The notes under the pieces are model-generated. The model ran no database searches. It had not been told where the DNA came from and saw only the letters and a list, made by a program, of their open reading frames with translations. The translations under genes were made by a program, and so were the position numbers. Positions 1 through 11,605 of a stretch of DNA of 20,000 bases are shown here, piece after piece. The stretch comes from Paramecium tetraurelia (lineage: Eukaryota), in NCBI GenBank assembly GCA_000165425.1, contig CT868059.1:182678-202677 (forward strand), given 5' to 3'. The stretch's first letter is position 1. Each line of letters opens with the position of its first letter.

Positions 1-1347
1 TGAAACATAAACCGAAAAATATGGTGAGAACAGTAATACTTGTATTATGACATGTTCAGCTGAGACTAAATCTTTGGGATTGATCCAGAGTTGTAACAAA
101 GAAATTGAGAAGTTAGGATATCACAAATATGAATTAATTAACTAATTCATTACTCGGGTGATGCCTAAATGTTATGCAGATAATCATGATAAATTTATGT
201 CGAAGTATTTGGAAACAAATGAAAGTAAAATTGTTGGAAAGGAGAGAACAGTATATTGTCAACATAAAAACGGATCCATTATTCCATGTTTATTGATGTT
301 CAAAATTCTACCATAATTGAAAAAAGGGTTAAGAATGGTGAGTTTCTTTAAGGTATTAGAGAACTTTGACTCAAATCATTATATCTTATTTAATCCAACA
401 ACTTTCTTGATTTATGGTTTGAGCCAGAATTGCTAAGATTCATTTGGCATACCAGTCAATTTCTCTTATGGCAATAATGCTCATTCCAATGATTTTACAA
501 TGGAAATCTTGATTCTTGATTTTAATCATTTGGTTGAGAAATTAAAGGTGTCACAAGATAACATTCAAACAGCATTTCCTCTGTAATTGGATACAACAAA
601 ATTATAAAAATAATTTTTTATGGAGGATTCAGTTGATAGATTATCTTTAATGGAAGAGGGGGAAATAAATAATAATAATAATTAATTGAATTAGAAAGGA
701 ACATCAGAATAGCTGAAATGCTTCAGTAAAAAAAGAATGCCTTATTGCAAAGCTGCTAGCAAAATTAGTTTGTAGCAGTTGAGCAAACAAGCAAATACAC
801 TGTAGCTTAGCAAGTAGGCTATTTTAACAGTTTACAGAAGCTACTGCATTTTAAGAAGCCTCAAAGAGTGGCAACTATTATTAGAGTGAAATCAAATTGA
901 AATCAAAATAAACCAAGTATTCTGTCTTCTGCTACAAGAAAACGAAAGTTGATTAATAAGTCAATGATGATTATTTAAATGAGGACAGATCATCAGTTAA
1001 TTCAGTTTCAATCTATGTTTGAATGATGATATGCGAGTAGATTAAACATGCATTTTAAGTTGCTTTGATGAGTGAGAAGAAGGTGCCTAGAAAGTATATA
1101 GAACAATTTAAATTACTATGTTATCTTTAACATTAATATTGAGTTAACAGTTTCAATTGTTGATTTAGCATTAAAGGGAATATAAAATAGTTCATTTAAA
1201 TATGTCTATCCTATGATTTTGTCAGATGTTTACTGGAGAACTAATCAAATGTCCACTATTACTTTTCATTCTAGAATATTGGAAATGCTGGGGAAAGGGG
1301 AGTATAATAATAGGGACGGATTTACAGCATCAACATTGAGAGAAGAT

Positions 1348-1372
1348 GTAAGTGTAATAAATTAATAATTAG
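1348..1372 (+). other. 25-nt spliceosomal intron
   Basis: gtaagtgtaataaattaataattag; removal joins ..LRED|LLSRL.. in frame. Confidence 0.9.
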
Positions 1373-1861
1373 TTATTAAGCAGATTGAAAATTGTATAAT
1401 AAATGCAGTTTGATACTCTGAAAGTAAAGAATGATTTAGAGAAATCTAATGTAGAAGTGCCAACTTAATACCATTACAATTTTACATCCCTTTTGATTGG
1501 TAATAAATATCAAGATATTGAATTGACATTGATCGATTCAATAAGGGAGGTGCTTAGTCATGTTATAATTTTGATTGGAACAGACTTACAGAGTTTTAAG
1601 ATAGATGATTACATAACTCCAGCTCAATAATCTTCCTTTTTCATTAATTACAATGGATTAAGAAATATAAGATTAGGATTACAAGAGAGAACAGATTAAT
1701 TTTACAATTTTTTTTAAGATCTAATTTCCAATAAATTTAGTACATTCTTAGCGTTGATGATTGTAAGTATCATAATTCTGATTATTACTCATGCTATCGT
1801 AATACCTATTTTATTAAAAGTGGATAAAGCAAATAATAAGGTATTGAGTATGTTTGGATTA

Positions 1862-1886
1862 GTAATATATTTATTTATGCTATTAG
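1862..1886 (+). other. 25-nt spliceosomal intron
   Basis: gtaatatatttatttatgctattag; removal gives ..VLSMFGL|IPPIEIKEL.. Confidence 0.9.
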
Positions 1887-2606
1887 ATTCCGCCAATAGA
1901 GATCAAGGAGTTATCAGATAAATGTGAAAAGTTCTTAAAGGACTACATCGAAGATTTCAATGAGAAAAAGGAACTTGAGAATAGAATTAATAATAAAAAC
2001 CAGGATGAGAGCAAAAAGTAATAACAATTACAAGATAAAAATTATATTGAAATGAACAATGAAGAACACATTGATGAAAAATAGAAAGAGCAAATTGAAA
2101 GGTAAAAGGAGTTATAGAGATTGGAAGATGAAGAGAAGGAAAGGTTGAGATTGGAAAAGTTAGAAGAAGAAAAAAGAAAGTAATAGGAAGAGGACAATAA
2201 ATAAAAAAGGCATATGAGACACAAAAAGAAAAAGAAGCACAAATATAATATTTAAGAAATAGAATTGACCGAAGATGAAAGAACTCGTATAGAAAAACTA
2301 GAAAGATCTAATGAAAAGAATGACTCTTCAGCTCTTATCAAATTCATGTTGTTCTTTATTTTATTTACTGGCTTCTTTGTAACTTAATTAGTACTTGAAG
2401 CGACCTATTTAAATAACGTTAAATTTTTATTTGAACATCTTAAATTATCTCATTAAAGATATTACATTATGATGTACAGAGTAGTTTATGGAGTGGAGGA
2501 TATAATCTAAGAGTAACCTATTAAAATTGACAATGTTTGGATGCAACAATTATATCATACTCTTATTTATGATGCAGAGAGAGAGGTGTTTGAATCTTAT
2601 AAATCG

Positions 2607-2634
2607 GTAATAAATAATCATTGAAATTATTTAG
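2607..2634 (+). other. 28-nt spliceosomal intron
   Basis: gtaataaataatcattgaaattatttag; removal gives ..FESYKS|FPLTGF.. Confidence 0.85.
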
Positions 2635-2870
2635 TTTCCATTGACAGGCTTCGAAACATATAAATAATATTATGATTGGTTCAACTTTAATGATATGTGT
2701 TCTAATATTACATTAATGTCAAATTTGGGTATTACTCTCACAGAAGAAGGTTGTCGCTAAGTTTAGAATGGTATATTAGAAAAAGGATTGAGAACATCAG
2801 TAATCAATCTTGCACCTATTCAAATGATACTTTAAGGATATCTGGTAATAATACAAAATCTAGTATAACT

Positions 2871-3073
2871 NNNNNNNNNNNNNNNNNNNNNNNNNNNNNN
2901 NNNNNNNNNNNNNNNNNNNNNNNNNNNNNNNNNNNNNNNNNNNNNNNNNNNNNNNNNNNNNNNNNNNNNNNNNNNNNNNNNNNNNNNNNNNNNNNNNNNN
3001 NNNNNNNNNNNNNNNNNNNNNNNNNNNNNNNNNNNNNNNNNNNNNNNNNNNNNNNNNNNNNNNNNNNNNNNNN
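2871..3073. other. Assembly gap (N run) inside the PAS-protein gene
   Basis: Run of Ns. Confidence 1.
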
Positions 3074-3289
3074 CTTGTTTTTATAATATGGATGCCTATT
3101 TGACTAAATTGAGTATTTAGATTTGGATGACTAAAGGAATGCTGAATATGATCCCTATGTCTATTATTTAAAAGAATGAAAAACTCAAATTCAGATTCTT
3201 ATAAGATAATATTATGACTATGGTACAATGAATGTTAATATATTAAATACTCACTTTAGTTAATATAATAAAAATAAAAATGATATTAT

Positions 3290-3620
3290 TAGTCATCTTT
3301 GCTTCGTGGCTTCTATTTTTCATCTCTGTGCTCTTTATCGTTAACCATAGATATGGCAATCAATACAAATGCACATGAAACTGATAAAAAGAATGTAGCT
3401 CATCCATTAAACATTGAATATACTTACATATTTTAAAATCTTATCTGTATTTTCTAAAATATATTTACTAAATAATTTCTATGTCTCTATTTTAGCAAAT
3501 GCCAACTAAATCAAGATCTCTTATAATATGATAATGTACTAACAAATTATATTTTATATACGCTTTAAGTTAGCGCACTTTTGTAGGGAGACTCAGATTT
3601 TATTTTAACTGGCCCCATTC
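3290..3620 (-). pseudogene. Short gene or remnant of a small membrane-protein gene
   Basis: 23-nt intron-like gtatataaaatataatttgttag (3561-3539). One frame gives a ~90-aa ORF (MGPVKIKSESPYKSALTQ..). Another gives a TM-like segment YSMFNG*ATFFLSVSCAFVLIAISMVNDKEHRDEK interrupted by TGA at 3402-3400. Confidence 0.3.
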
Positions 3621-3674
3621 ATATTCTAGAACATATTATTAATTTAGTTTATTGTTCAGTTTCTAGGATCACAT

Positions 3675-4480
3675 ATGTCAAATTTTAATTGATCTCCACA
3701 GCTAATATTTTGCCAACAAAAACGCATAAATGTAATTTATTAGATAATTAATTGCTTAAAATTGGTCTAATTATATCTGCAAAGCAAGAGGAGGAAAGAA
3801 ACAAATAGTCACCCAAAAGATTTCTAATCGGTAACAATCTGCTGAGAGCCAAAGAGTCGAAGGCTTATCAAGATAATTGAGAAAGTAGTAGAGGAGAAGA
3901 TGTCAGATTAAGAATCACTAAAGTGGCAAATTCAATTTTGGAAAATATAATAGATCTATAAAATGATATAATTTTCAAAAAGGAAAAGTGATTTGGAAAG
4001 CGAACAGAGATAGATAGATCATATTGAAACTTCCTCATACTTACTCAAATCTTAATTGAAGGAGAACATAAGTAAATCGACCTTGTATAAGACAATATTT
4101 ACGAAATGGTTGAACAATTTGTGACATGGTTATTTATAAGAACATCATACAATTAAAAAGAGCTAGATTATATGACTAAAGGATATCAATTCTCACTGAT
4201 AAATTGAAGAATATTATCTAAGGATGTAAGATTTAATGAATTAAACAATTATAGTTTAGAATACTGGAAGACAAAATAAAAGGACTCCTATATAAATTCT
4301 TGGATGTGTAGTTCCACTAAAAAAAAATAATAATATTTTTGACAATATAATCCTTAAAGAAGATTAAAGAGAATATGATGAATGAGTTTTAAAATAGTCT
4401 ATATTCATAGTTGTTAAACTTAAGAAGATGATTCCCAATAAATGCATCTTTTGGGGTAGAAAGGTAATCAAACAATATAA
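3675..4480 (+). pseudogene. Degraded remnant of a coiled-coil-like protein gene
   Basis: Purine-rich, coding-like segments (IIEKVVEEKMSDQESLKWQ..; IEGEHKQIDLVQDNIYEMVEQF..) in changing frames with TGA stops; 29-nt GTA..TAG intron at 4226-4254. Confidence 0.4.
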
Positions 4481-4876
4481 TATCATTTATAATCATGAAT
4501 ATAGACTTTAAGATTTGTTTCCTTTTTTTTTGTAAAATAAAATACTAAAATTATAGTTTGTTAATGTATTACTTAAATTTAATATTTGGTAAAAAATTCC
4601 TAAAATTTTCTTATAAAAAAATTAAATTAATAAAAATTGTTTTTATATTTCTATTATAAAATACTCAAATTATGCTTTATTTTCAAATCTAAAAAACATT
4701 ATTTATTAGAAAATCAAATTACTAAGTGTTTGTTAATAAATTCTATTTATATTTTTTTAAAATTTAATATTATGACTAATAAATTCATATATTTATTTAA
4801 GTTATCAAGTATTCTAATAAATATTTAGTATTGAAATTATCAATAATAATTTGGGTTTTTAATAAATTCTATTTTC

Positions 4877-5026
4877 NNNNNNNNNNNNNNNNNNNNNNNN
4901 NNNNNNNNNNNNNNNNNNNNNNNNNNNNNNNNNNNNNNNNNNNNNNNNNNNNNNNNNNNNNNNNNNNNNNNNNNNNNNNNNNNNNNNNNNNNNNNNNNNN
5001 NNNNNNNNNNNNNNNNNNNNNNNNNN
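4877..5026. other. Assembly gap (N run) in an AT-rich intergenic region
   Basis: Run of Ns. Confidence 1.
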
Positions 5027-5139
5027 AAACCAAGCACTAATATAATATAAATATTTCTTATTTGTATCAATTCTTTAGCAAAAATAATTAATTTTCAATT
5101 TAATTAATTAATATTAAATTTTATTATTCTAATTAGAGA

Positions 5140-5450
5140 TTTTATGAGAAAACAGAAGATCAAGATAAATTATAGGTATATGATTTGTTTTAACTAAGTA
5201 ATTTGTTTCTTTTTGATATTATTTGAGTTTTATTAAGGTTAAGAATGGATGTGAAAATTTGTCGTTATTAATGTGTATCTAAGGAAAGTGAAAATAGGGA
5301 TATGGCATTTTTATTTTTAAAGGAAATGATGAGATTATGAGATGAGGTTGCAGATTGAATTATGAGATTAATATTTCATTGATTTCAGTTTATATTATTT
5401 TTATGATGTTACATATATATGGTTTGTGATTTAAATGAATAGAGAATTTC
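5140..5450 (+). pseudogene. Possible heavily decayed remnant of a 'KIGxW' (MORN-variant-like) repeat protein gene
   Basis: G/A-skewed patch translating to ..RKVKIGIWHFYFQRK**DYE.., reminiscent of the GxKIGxW repeat family expanded in Paramecium; many stops. Confidence 0.2.
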
Positions 5451-5543
5451 AAATTAAAAATTTAATTACATTTGGCTGTTTTTGTTTAACATGGAATATT
5501 ACCCTATTTATGAGTTTTATATTCTTATACAAGATTTAATTAA

Positions 5544-7017
5544 TCAATTCCTTGTAATTTTATAATAATCACAATAGCCCTTATACATTTCAAAAACAAA
5601 ATCTTCTTGATTAGATGATGCTTGAGAATAGTTAATCTAATTTTTAGAATCAAAATTCTTTTCTATCAATTGCTTCTTTGAAACCAAATATTACAAAAAA
5701 GGGACATTCATTTTTCCTTTATTTTTATTTTGACATAAAAATTATTAAATTGATTAAGAAGGTCTATTTTCATTAAAATATTCAAGAAACAATTCAAAAT
5801 AGTAGTGTAAACTTATTAGAAGTTTGAAAACACCATTTTATTTTGACAGTTTTATTGCAAAATCATATTCATTTTATGTTAAATAACTTTAATTCATTAA
5901 GGTTTTGGCTTTACCTTACAAATCTTCAATTTATGAATTTAAATAAGGATGAGTTTATTGGAAATATCCTGAAAGTTTAAGAAACTCAATTAATTTATCC
6001 TTCTCTTAACTAAGATTAGCATTTATCAATTATTTATCTTATTCAGAATTCGATGAATTTAATTATTCTTGAATTCCTCTATTATTTGTATTAAAACTTC
6101 CGCAGCCCTGACACTAGCTTTCTTGTTTGTTATTTAATTGCATTTAATCAGAATTTGAGGACGATTACTGATTTCTTTATTTATCTACTATAATTTAACT
6201 TTTTTATTTGTTATTTAATTGTATTTCTTCAGAATATTACTCAGGTTATGGTTATTTACTTGCGATATTATTTGCAGTAAGACTATTGTTGCCTTGAGAA
6301 TAGTTTTCTTATTTGTTATTCAACTGTGCTGAACAATTGGTTGGATCAGATTAATCCAGCTTTTATTTAGTCATAGAATAATAGTCTCTAAAATAAAATG
6401 GAAAATTACTATGCTCTTTATAAAATATATTCTGGAGTTGGAGCCTGATAGTTACCATTCGTACCTATTTAATTAGTCTAGGCATCAATAGATTGCATTG
6501 AGGAAATCAATTTCGATAAAGTCTGTTCATTAAATTAAGGCGCATAATTAGTTTACTATAATTAAAATTGATTCGATCCAAAATAGCCCATTTCATAATT
6601 TTATGTATATGTATTTAGATAATTTTCGACTGAATCTTTTAAGAATATTTTGGTTTGATTTGAAGTGCTAATTTACCTCTATGATTTTTGAGTTACATCC
6701 TTTAGTGTCTAATATGCAGTATTTCTTTCCCTTTGTAATATCTATTATAAATTATGGTTTCTGGAATATTATTATTTCAGATCTTGATGAATTCCAATTG
6801 ATAAATTTAATTATAAAATAACTTTGTTATTACTCAAGGTAACTATAGAATTATTGGGATCATCCTTAAAGTGTTCAAGTACAGCATTCCTGGAATAAAT
6901 TAAGTTAATCAAATTCTGTAGGTCTTGGTAAACGTAAAATTTGATTAGTGCTTCCTCTTGACTTTATTTCTATTGATAAGTTTATGCCTGATGTTGATGT
7001 GATTGTCTATCACCCAT
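5544..7017 (-). CDS. Hypothetical 483-aa Q/N/S-rich protein, one intron (6409-6388)
   Basis: ATG at 7017 with an in-frame TGA shortly upstream. Open under table 6: MGDRQSHQHQAQTYQQKQSQEEALIKFYVYQDLQNLINLIYSRN.. to ..FEMYKGYCDYYKITRN-TGA (5546-5544). Removing the 22-nt intron gtaattttccattttattttag gives 1452 nt = 484 codons including the stop. Confidence 0.85.
6120..6330 (-). repeat. Three degenerate internal repeats encoding QLNNKQ(E/K)
   Basis: Minus strand: cagttgaataacaaataagaa (~6326), caattaaataacaaataaaaa (~6221), caattaaataacaaacaagaa (~6140). Confidence 0.65.
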
Positions 7018-7578
7018 CGAATTATATATTATTGAATTAAATTCAAATTGGCTTCATATTTAAAATGGGTCAATAGAATAAAATTAAATACTATTAAATA
7101 TTCTCAAAATAATTACAGAACACAAACATAAAATAAATAATTTAATAATTATATAATTCTTTCATGTATAATATGGGTTATATTTAACGGTGTAATTTGG
7201 AAGTAAGAGAATCATAAAGTTAAAGTACATTTACAACAATACTCTGTTCCACTTTATTCTAATTCCTAAGCTGTTTCTCTTTAGAATTGTATATTTATCT
7301 GGTGTTAAAGAATAAAAAGGAAATTATACTTGTCTTTTTATGATAAAGCAATAAGATTATCTTTGAGATATGTTCCTATAAAATAGAGATTATATTTATA
7401 AATATTTATTTAATCAAAATATTTTGTTATGTCATTCTAACTCTCATGATTTATTAAATCAATCAAAATATTTAATAATATTCTATAATGATATTATACT
7501 CTAGTATATGCAAGAAAGATGGATATATAAAAAAACAAAGAAGAAAATTTCAAAAACTACTTAGCAAATCCAAGAAGG

Positions 7579-7989
7579 NNNNNNNNNNNNNNNNNNNNNN
7601 NNNNNNNNNNNNNNNNNNNNNNNNNNNNNNNNNNNNNNNNNNNNNNNNNNNNNNNNNNNNNNNNNNNNNNNNNNNNNNNNNNNNNNNNNNNNNNNNNNNN
7701 NNNNNNNNNNNNNNNNNNNNNNNNNNNNNNNNNNNNNNNNNNNNNNNNNNNNNNNNNNNNNNNNNNNNNNNNNNNNNNNNNNNNNNNNNNNNNNNNNNNN
7801 NNNNNNNNNNNNNNNNNNNNNNNNNNNNNNNNNNNNNNNNNNNNNNNNNNNNNNNNNNNNNNNNNNNNNNNNNNNNNNNNNNNNNNNNNNNNNNNNNNNN
7901 NNNNNNNNNNNNNNNNNNNNNNNNNNNNNNNNNNNNNNNNNNNNNNNNNNNNNNNNNNNNNNNNNNNNNNNNNNNNNNNNNNNNNNNNN
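7579..7989. other. Assembly gap (N run)
   Basis: Run of Ns. Confidence 1.
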
Positions 7990-8217
7990 AATGATAACCA
8001 TCTTGACAAATTAATTGATTTATTTAATTAAATTAAGGATCGGAACTTGCATTTTAGAAAATAGAAGTTAATCAATATTTGAAAATGCATGAATTTTTAT
8101 GATAAAGAGCCAATCTCTATTAAATTCAATATAATAAATTAAAGAAATTTAAATAAAACATAAGTCTTATTTCTAATTTATATAGAATATGAAAATATGT
8201 TATGTCCTCATCTTATT

Positions 8218-9433
8218 TCAAATTAAATCATTAATTAATATGAGAATTTAAAGTCTGATATACTGATTAATATTATCTTAAATGATTGAAATTGCATTTT
8301 AATACAGTAATTTGTCATAAAATTCTATAGTGTATTTTTTCTCTATTGTTCTAGAATTTTCAAAGTATTTCAATATTTTTAATGACATAATTTAATCGAT
8401 GATGGTTTAGGTTAGATAATTATCTACTTTTAATTTAATAATAGGCTCAAAGGTTTATCTCAATGAATCATTAATAACATTTGTAATTTTGATACATGAA
8501 TCGTTATATATTTCTTGGTACTTTCGTTCATAAGTTTATAACAGTGTTTAATATTAGTGTTCGACCTAATTCTTATCTAGCCCTAAGTCTAACCAAAATC
8601 TTAAATTTTTTCTTAATTCTTTGATTACTTCAAACAATAATTAATTCAGAACAAAAGGATATTTATCATAATTTGAAATCAAATTTTATAAGGTATCCTT
8701 AATTTTCTCTTATTTATATTTTCTCTTTGAATATTAGTAATTATCAATTATTTTATCATCAAAAGAAATTGTTTAATAATTAGAGTCAAATTCATTATTT
8801 TTAAGCAACCTGTTTATGGTGTCAATAGTATTTTATATGTCTTACCGCTCACAAGATTCAAGAATAACTTTATAAATTTTATTTATTATCACATCTTATG
8901 AACTGCCTTTTTTATTGCAAACTATTTTATTTTAAATAAAATCTATGATTATGTTAGTGATAATTTATTGTATTTTTTTTGAGTCATCGCATTCTTGTTC
9001 TACAAGATATTCATTAAATTTATTCTTATATCCTGTAAAAACAATTTCATACTAAATTTTTTTATAAGTAATAGTCAGATATTGATTATGTTCGAATTTC
9101 AACCATATACGATCTTAGTCTAAATAAGAGTGTTAAAATTTTTTTCTTCTCATGAACGTCACTTTCTCTAACAAGTGAATGAAAAGCTATAACACCTATC
9201 CCAAATGAAATCTAATGAAACCCATTCTCTAAAATATCAAAAAATATAATTACTATTAATTCTATCAATTCGCTTAATAGAATACAGTTGGATTTATTTA
9301 TCTTGTATTCAATAACTTTCTCATCTTCATAAAACTTTACCTCACCTATTGAATCGTAGGTAAGTATTTCCTTCAACTATTGCAAGTCTTGATACGAAAA
9401 ATATTGGTAATATTCATACTTCAGCCCTAACAT
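8218..9433 (-). CDS. Hypothetical 396-aa protein, probable highly divergent pseudokinase with a helical C-terminal region; one intron (9253-9229)
   Basis: ATG at 9433; 25-nt intron gtaattatattttttgatattttag; TGA at 8220-8218; 1191 nt = 397 codons including the stop, fully open under table 6. Contains ..QVLQLFIHLLEKVTFMRRKKFQHSYLDQDRIWLK..YEIVFTGY.., which matches the layout of kinase alphaE/catalytic loop/beta7/beta8 without HRD or DFG. Confidence 0.85.
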
Positions 9434-9959
9434 TAATAAAAATTATAAATTATATTAATTAAATTTTTAAGTTCACTTGTTTTGATGAGCTTGAATTCAG
9501 CTATAGTAATTTGATAATATCAAATATTATCATACTTATAGAAACTTATTAATATTGAAATAATTTGATAATTACAAATGCTATATTAATTAAATTCTGT
9601 TCTAATTGATTACTAATATGCTAAAAAAAGGGAGCATTTAAGGAATTCTACATTTATAATTAAGAAATTAATCAAGTTTATAAAGATGTTAATGATCGAA
9701 ATACAAAGTGGGTTAGCTAAAAGAAATTATACTCTAATTTTATTCTAAAATGGATTGCTTTTGTATAGACTTTAAATATTTATTAGTTAATTATCTGCTA
9801 TTATATTTCCTTATGTTATTAATTTATATAATTTATTTTAGAAATAAATTTTGCTATTTGCACTATTTTTTATACAAATCAACTCATTTTAAATCCCTTA
9901 TTTTTTGATACACTAATTTCTATGCAATAGAATTTGACTTCTTTATATAGCTTAACTTT

Positions 9960-10470
9960 AAAAGTAACAATAGAATTAACGGTAAGGCTTCGCTGTATTT
10001 TTAAGTTAGGTCATTAAGTTTCATCTTCTCTATGTTAAGTCAAATCTCAAGGCAATGGACCTGGTCTATTAAAGAAATATCTAAAATTAATGTAGTTCAC
10101 CAATCCTTAAACGCAGGATTACAGTTAGAATCAGCATGGTGAAGAGTGTCCAAAACTGTGGAATTTCTAAATGCTTCTATCTGGTCATAAAATTCTTGTA
10201 ATGGAGTGATTGATCTTGTGTATAACTCATTTAAACAAAATCTGATTGAACAAGGTAAAAGGGATTAAACCTAGAGATAACAAAATAACACAATTTTGTT
10301 TTAATAATCACAGATGAATAAATTAGATAACAATTGATGAGAAAATTCCATGTTTTATCCAACTACTTTATTTTGATTCTTAGGTTGTTTTCATTCTTTA
10401 AAGAGCTATACTTAAGCAAGTAAACGAACACATTACTTCTTAACCTAATAAATATGTTTCTATGCATTTT
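9960..10470 (-). pseudogene. Degraded gene remnant (strand somewhat uncertain)
   Basis: GC-richer island. Minus frame QSLLPCSIRFCLNELYTRSITPLQEFYDQIEAFRNSTVLDTLHHADSNCNPAFKD, then a 20-nt intron-like gtgaactacattaattttag (10100-10081), then YFFNRPGPLP*DLTQHREDETQ*PNLKIQ. Confidence 0.35.
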
Positions 10471-10769
10471 ATTCTAAAAATCTCTTAATCTATTTTTATA
10501 ATTATGTTGAAATCATCAAGAATTTTAAATTGTATTAATGTTAATAAAAAGTTAATAAATTTTAATTGGTTTTTGTATTAATATCTAAAAATTGAATTAA
10601 ATGTAATTGAAATAAAATCAATATTGTCTTTTTCACTAAAATAAAAAGGAAAGGGAAAGAACGTCATTGATATATTTCATGCACTGAATTCTCTAAATCT
10701 AACTCATTATTTATAAATCAAAAATCTTATATAGTTTATATTTTATTTTTATTATAAATAGGAATATTA

Positions 10770-11605
10770 TTTTTCCTTGAACTTACATCTTGACATTTAT
10801 GGAATTAACATAGAAATTACAACATTATTCTATCTTATTACTTTATCCATCTAATTATTTCAATACAGAAGATCATAAATTATAAAATGATTACCTTTAC
10901 TTCTTGTTACAACTCAATAATGTGCTTATTCAATTTTATTTCAACTATTTTTCATGATCCAATATTTACATAAAAATCAGGGTTTTCTTATATAGCATTT
11001 CGTTATTTTTTCTCACAGCAAACTATATTCAATAATAATTTACTCTATCTCTAGAAATATAAATAATTCTTGATACTATCATTAATAATCCAATTTCTTC
11101 CTAGAAATTTTATACTTTTACAACAAAGTCTTGAATTTATTTGATTATCAGACATAGTAATGCTATATTATTACATCAACATTCATATTTCCTGAATCAT
11201 TTTCTATTTTTTTATTTTATCATATTCTAATAAATTAACTGTTGAATACCATCATAATATTTCCTCTCTTAATCTTATTTCCCAACTAATAGTAATATAG
11301 TGTATTCAGTGCTTTTCTTGCAATCTAATACATTGTTTTTCATTTAATTTCAGATTCTGAAATCTATAGTTATTATCAATATCATATTATTATAATTTTT
11401 TGATTTGCAATTATCTTTTCAAGATTTCTCTAAATTTAGTAACCAATCGATTCATTGTTCTTTAAGGTTTCAAAACTTGATACTAAATTAAAACTTATTC
11501 TTGATTAAATAGCGATTTTTTCTCAAAGTTTTAGAGGAGTAAGTTATGCTATTTTTATGTTTCTTCTATGAATCAATAGGATTTGTACATATATCGAGTA
11601 GCCAT
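10770..11605 (-). pseudogene. Degraded remnant of a coiled-coil-like gene
   Basis: ATG at 11605 after an AT-rich stretch: MATRYMYKSY*FIEETQKQHNLLLQNFEKKSLFNQEQVLIQYQVFETLRTMNRLVTKFREILKRQ..; several TGA stops in every frame. Confidence 0.3.

Larger units (their letters stand above)
1..3231 (+). pseudogene. 3' part of a PAS-domain multi-pass transmembrane protein gene (ciliate PAS S-box / TmcB-like family), frameshifted: pseudogene or assembly errors
   Basis: Under table 6, frame 2 gives a PAS-like stretch ..LGLIQSCNKEIEKLGYHKYELINQFITRVMPKCYADNHDKFMSKYLETNESKIVGKERTVYCQHKNGSIIPC.. Downstream are TM helices (FLALMIVSIIILIITHAIVIPILL; LIKFMLFFILFTGFFVTQLVL), a charged E/K/Q loop (~1950-2320) and the family-like C-terminus ..IWMTKGMLNMIPMSIIQKN..MVQ-TGA (3229-3231). 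Introns at 1348-1372, 1862-1886 and 2607-2634 keep the frame. The frame is broken by indels/TGA at ~700-1190, ~2815 and ~3085-3098. Gap at 2871-3073. Confidence 0.8.

Noticed and set aside
4490..5140. Possible retained IES or transposon end in the extremely AT-rich stretch around the gap
   Set aside because: TA dinucleotides are everywhere, and no convincing inverted repeat or interrupted ORF defines boundaries; cannot be called without a MIC/MAC comparison.
9961..10440. Plus-strand reading (..KSQGNGPGLLKKY..VHQSLNAGLQLESAW..) as a glutamine amidotransferase-like fragment
   Set aside because: It is the antisense mirror of the minus frame, has stops and no catalytic motif, and intron-like signals favour the minus strand.
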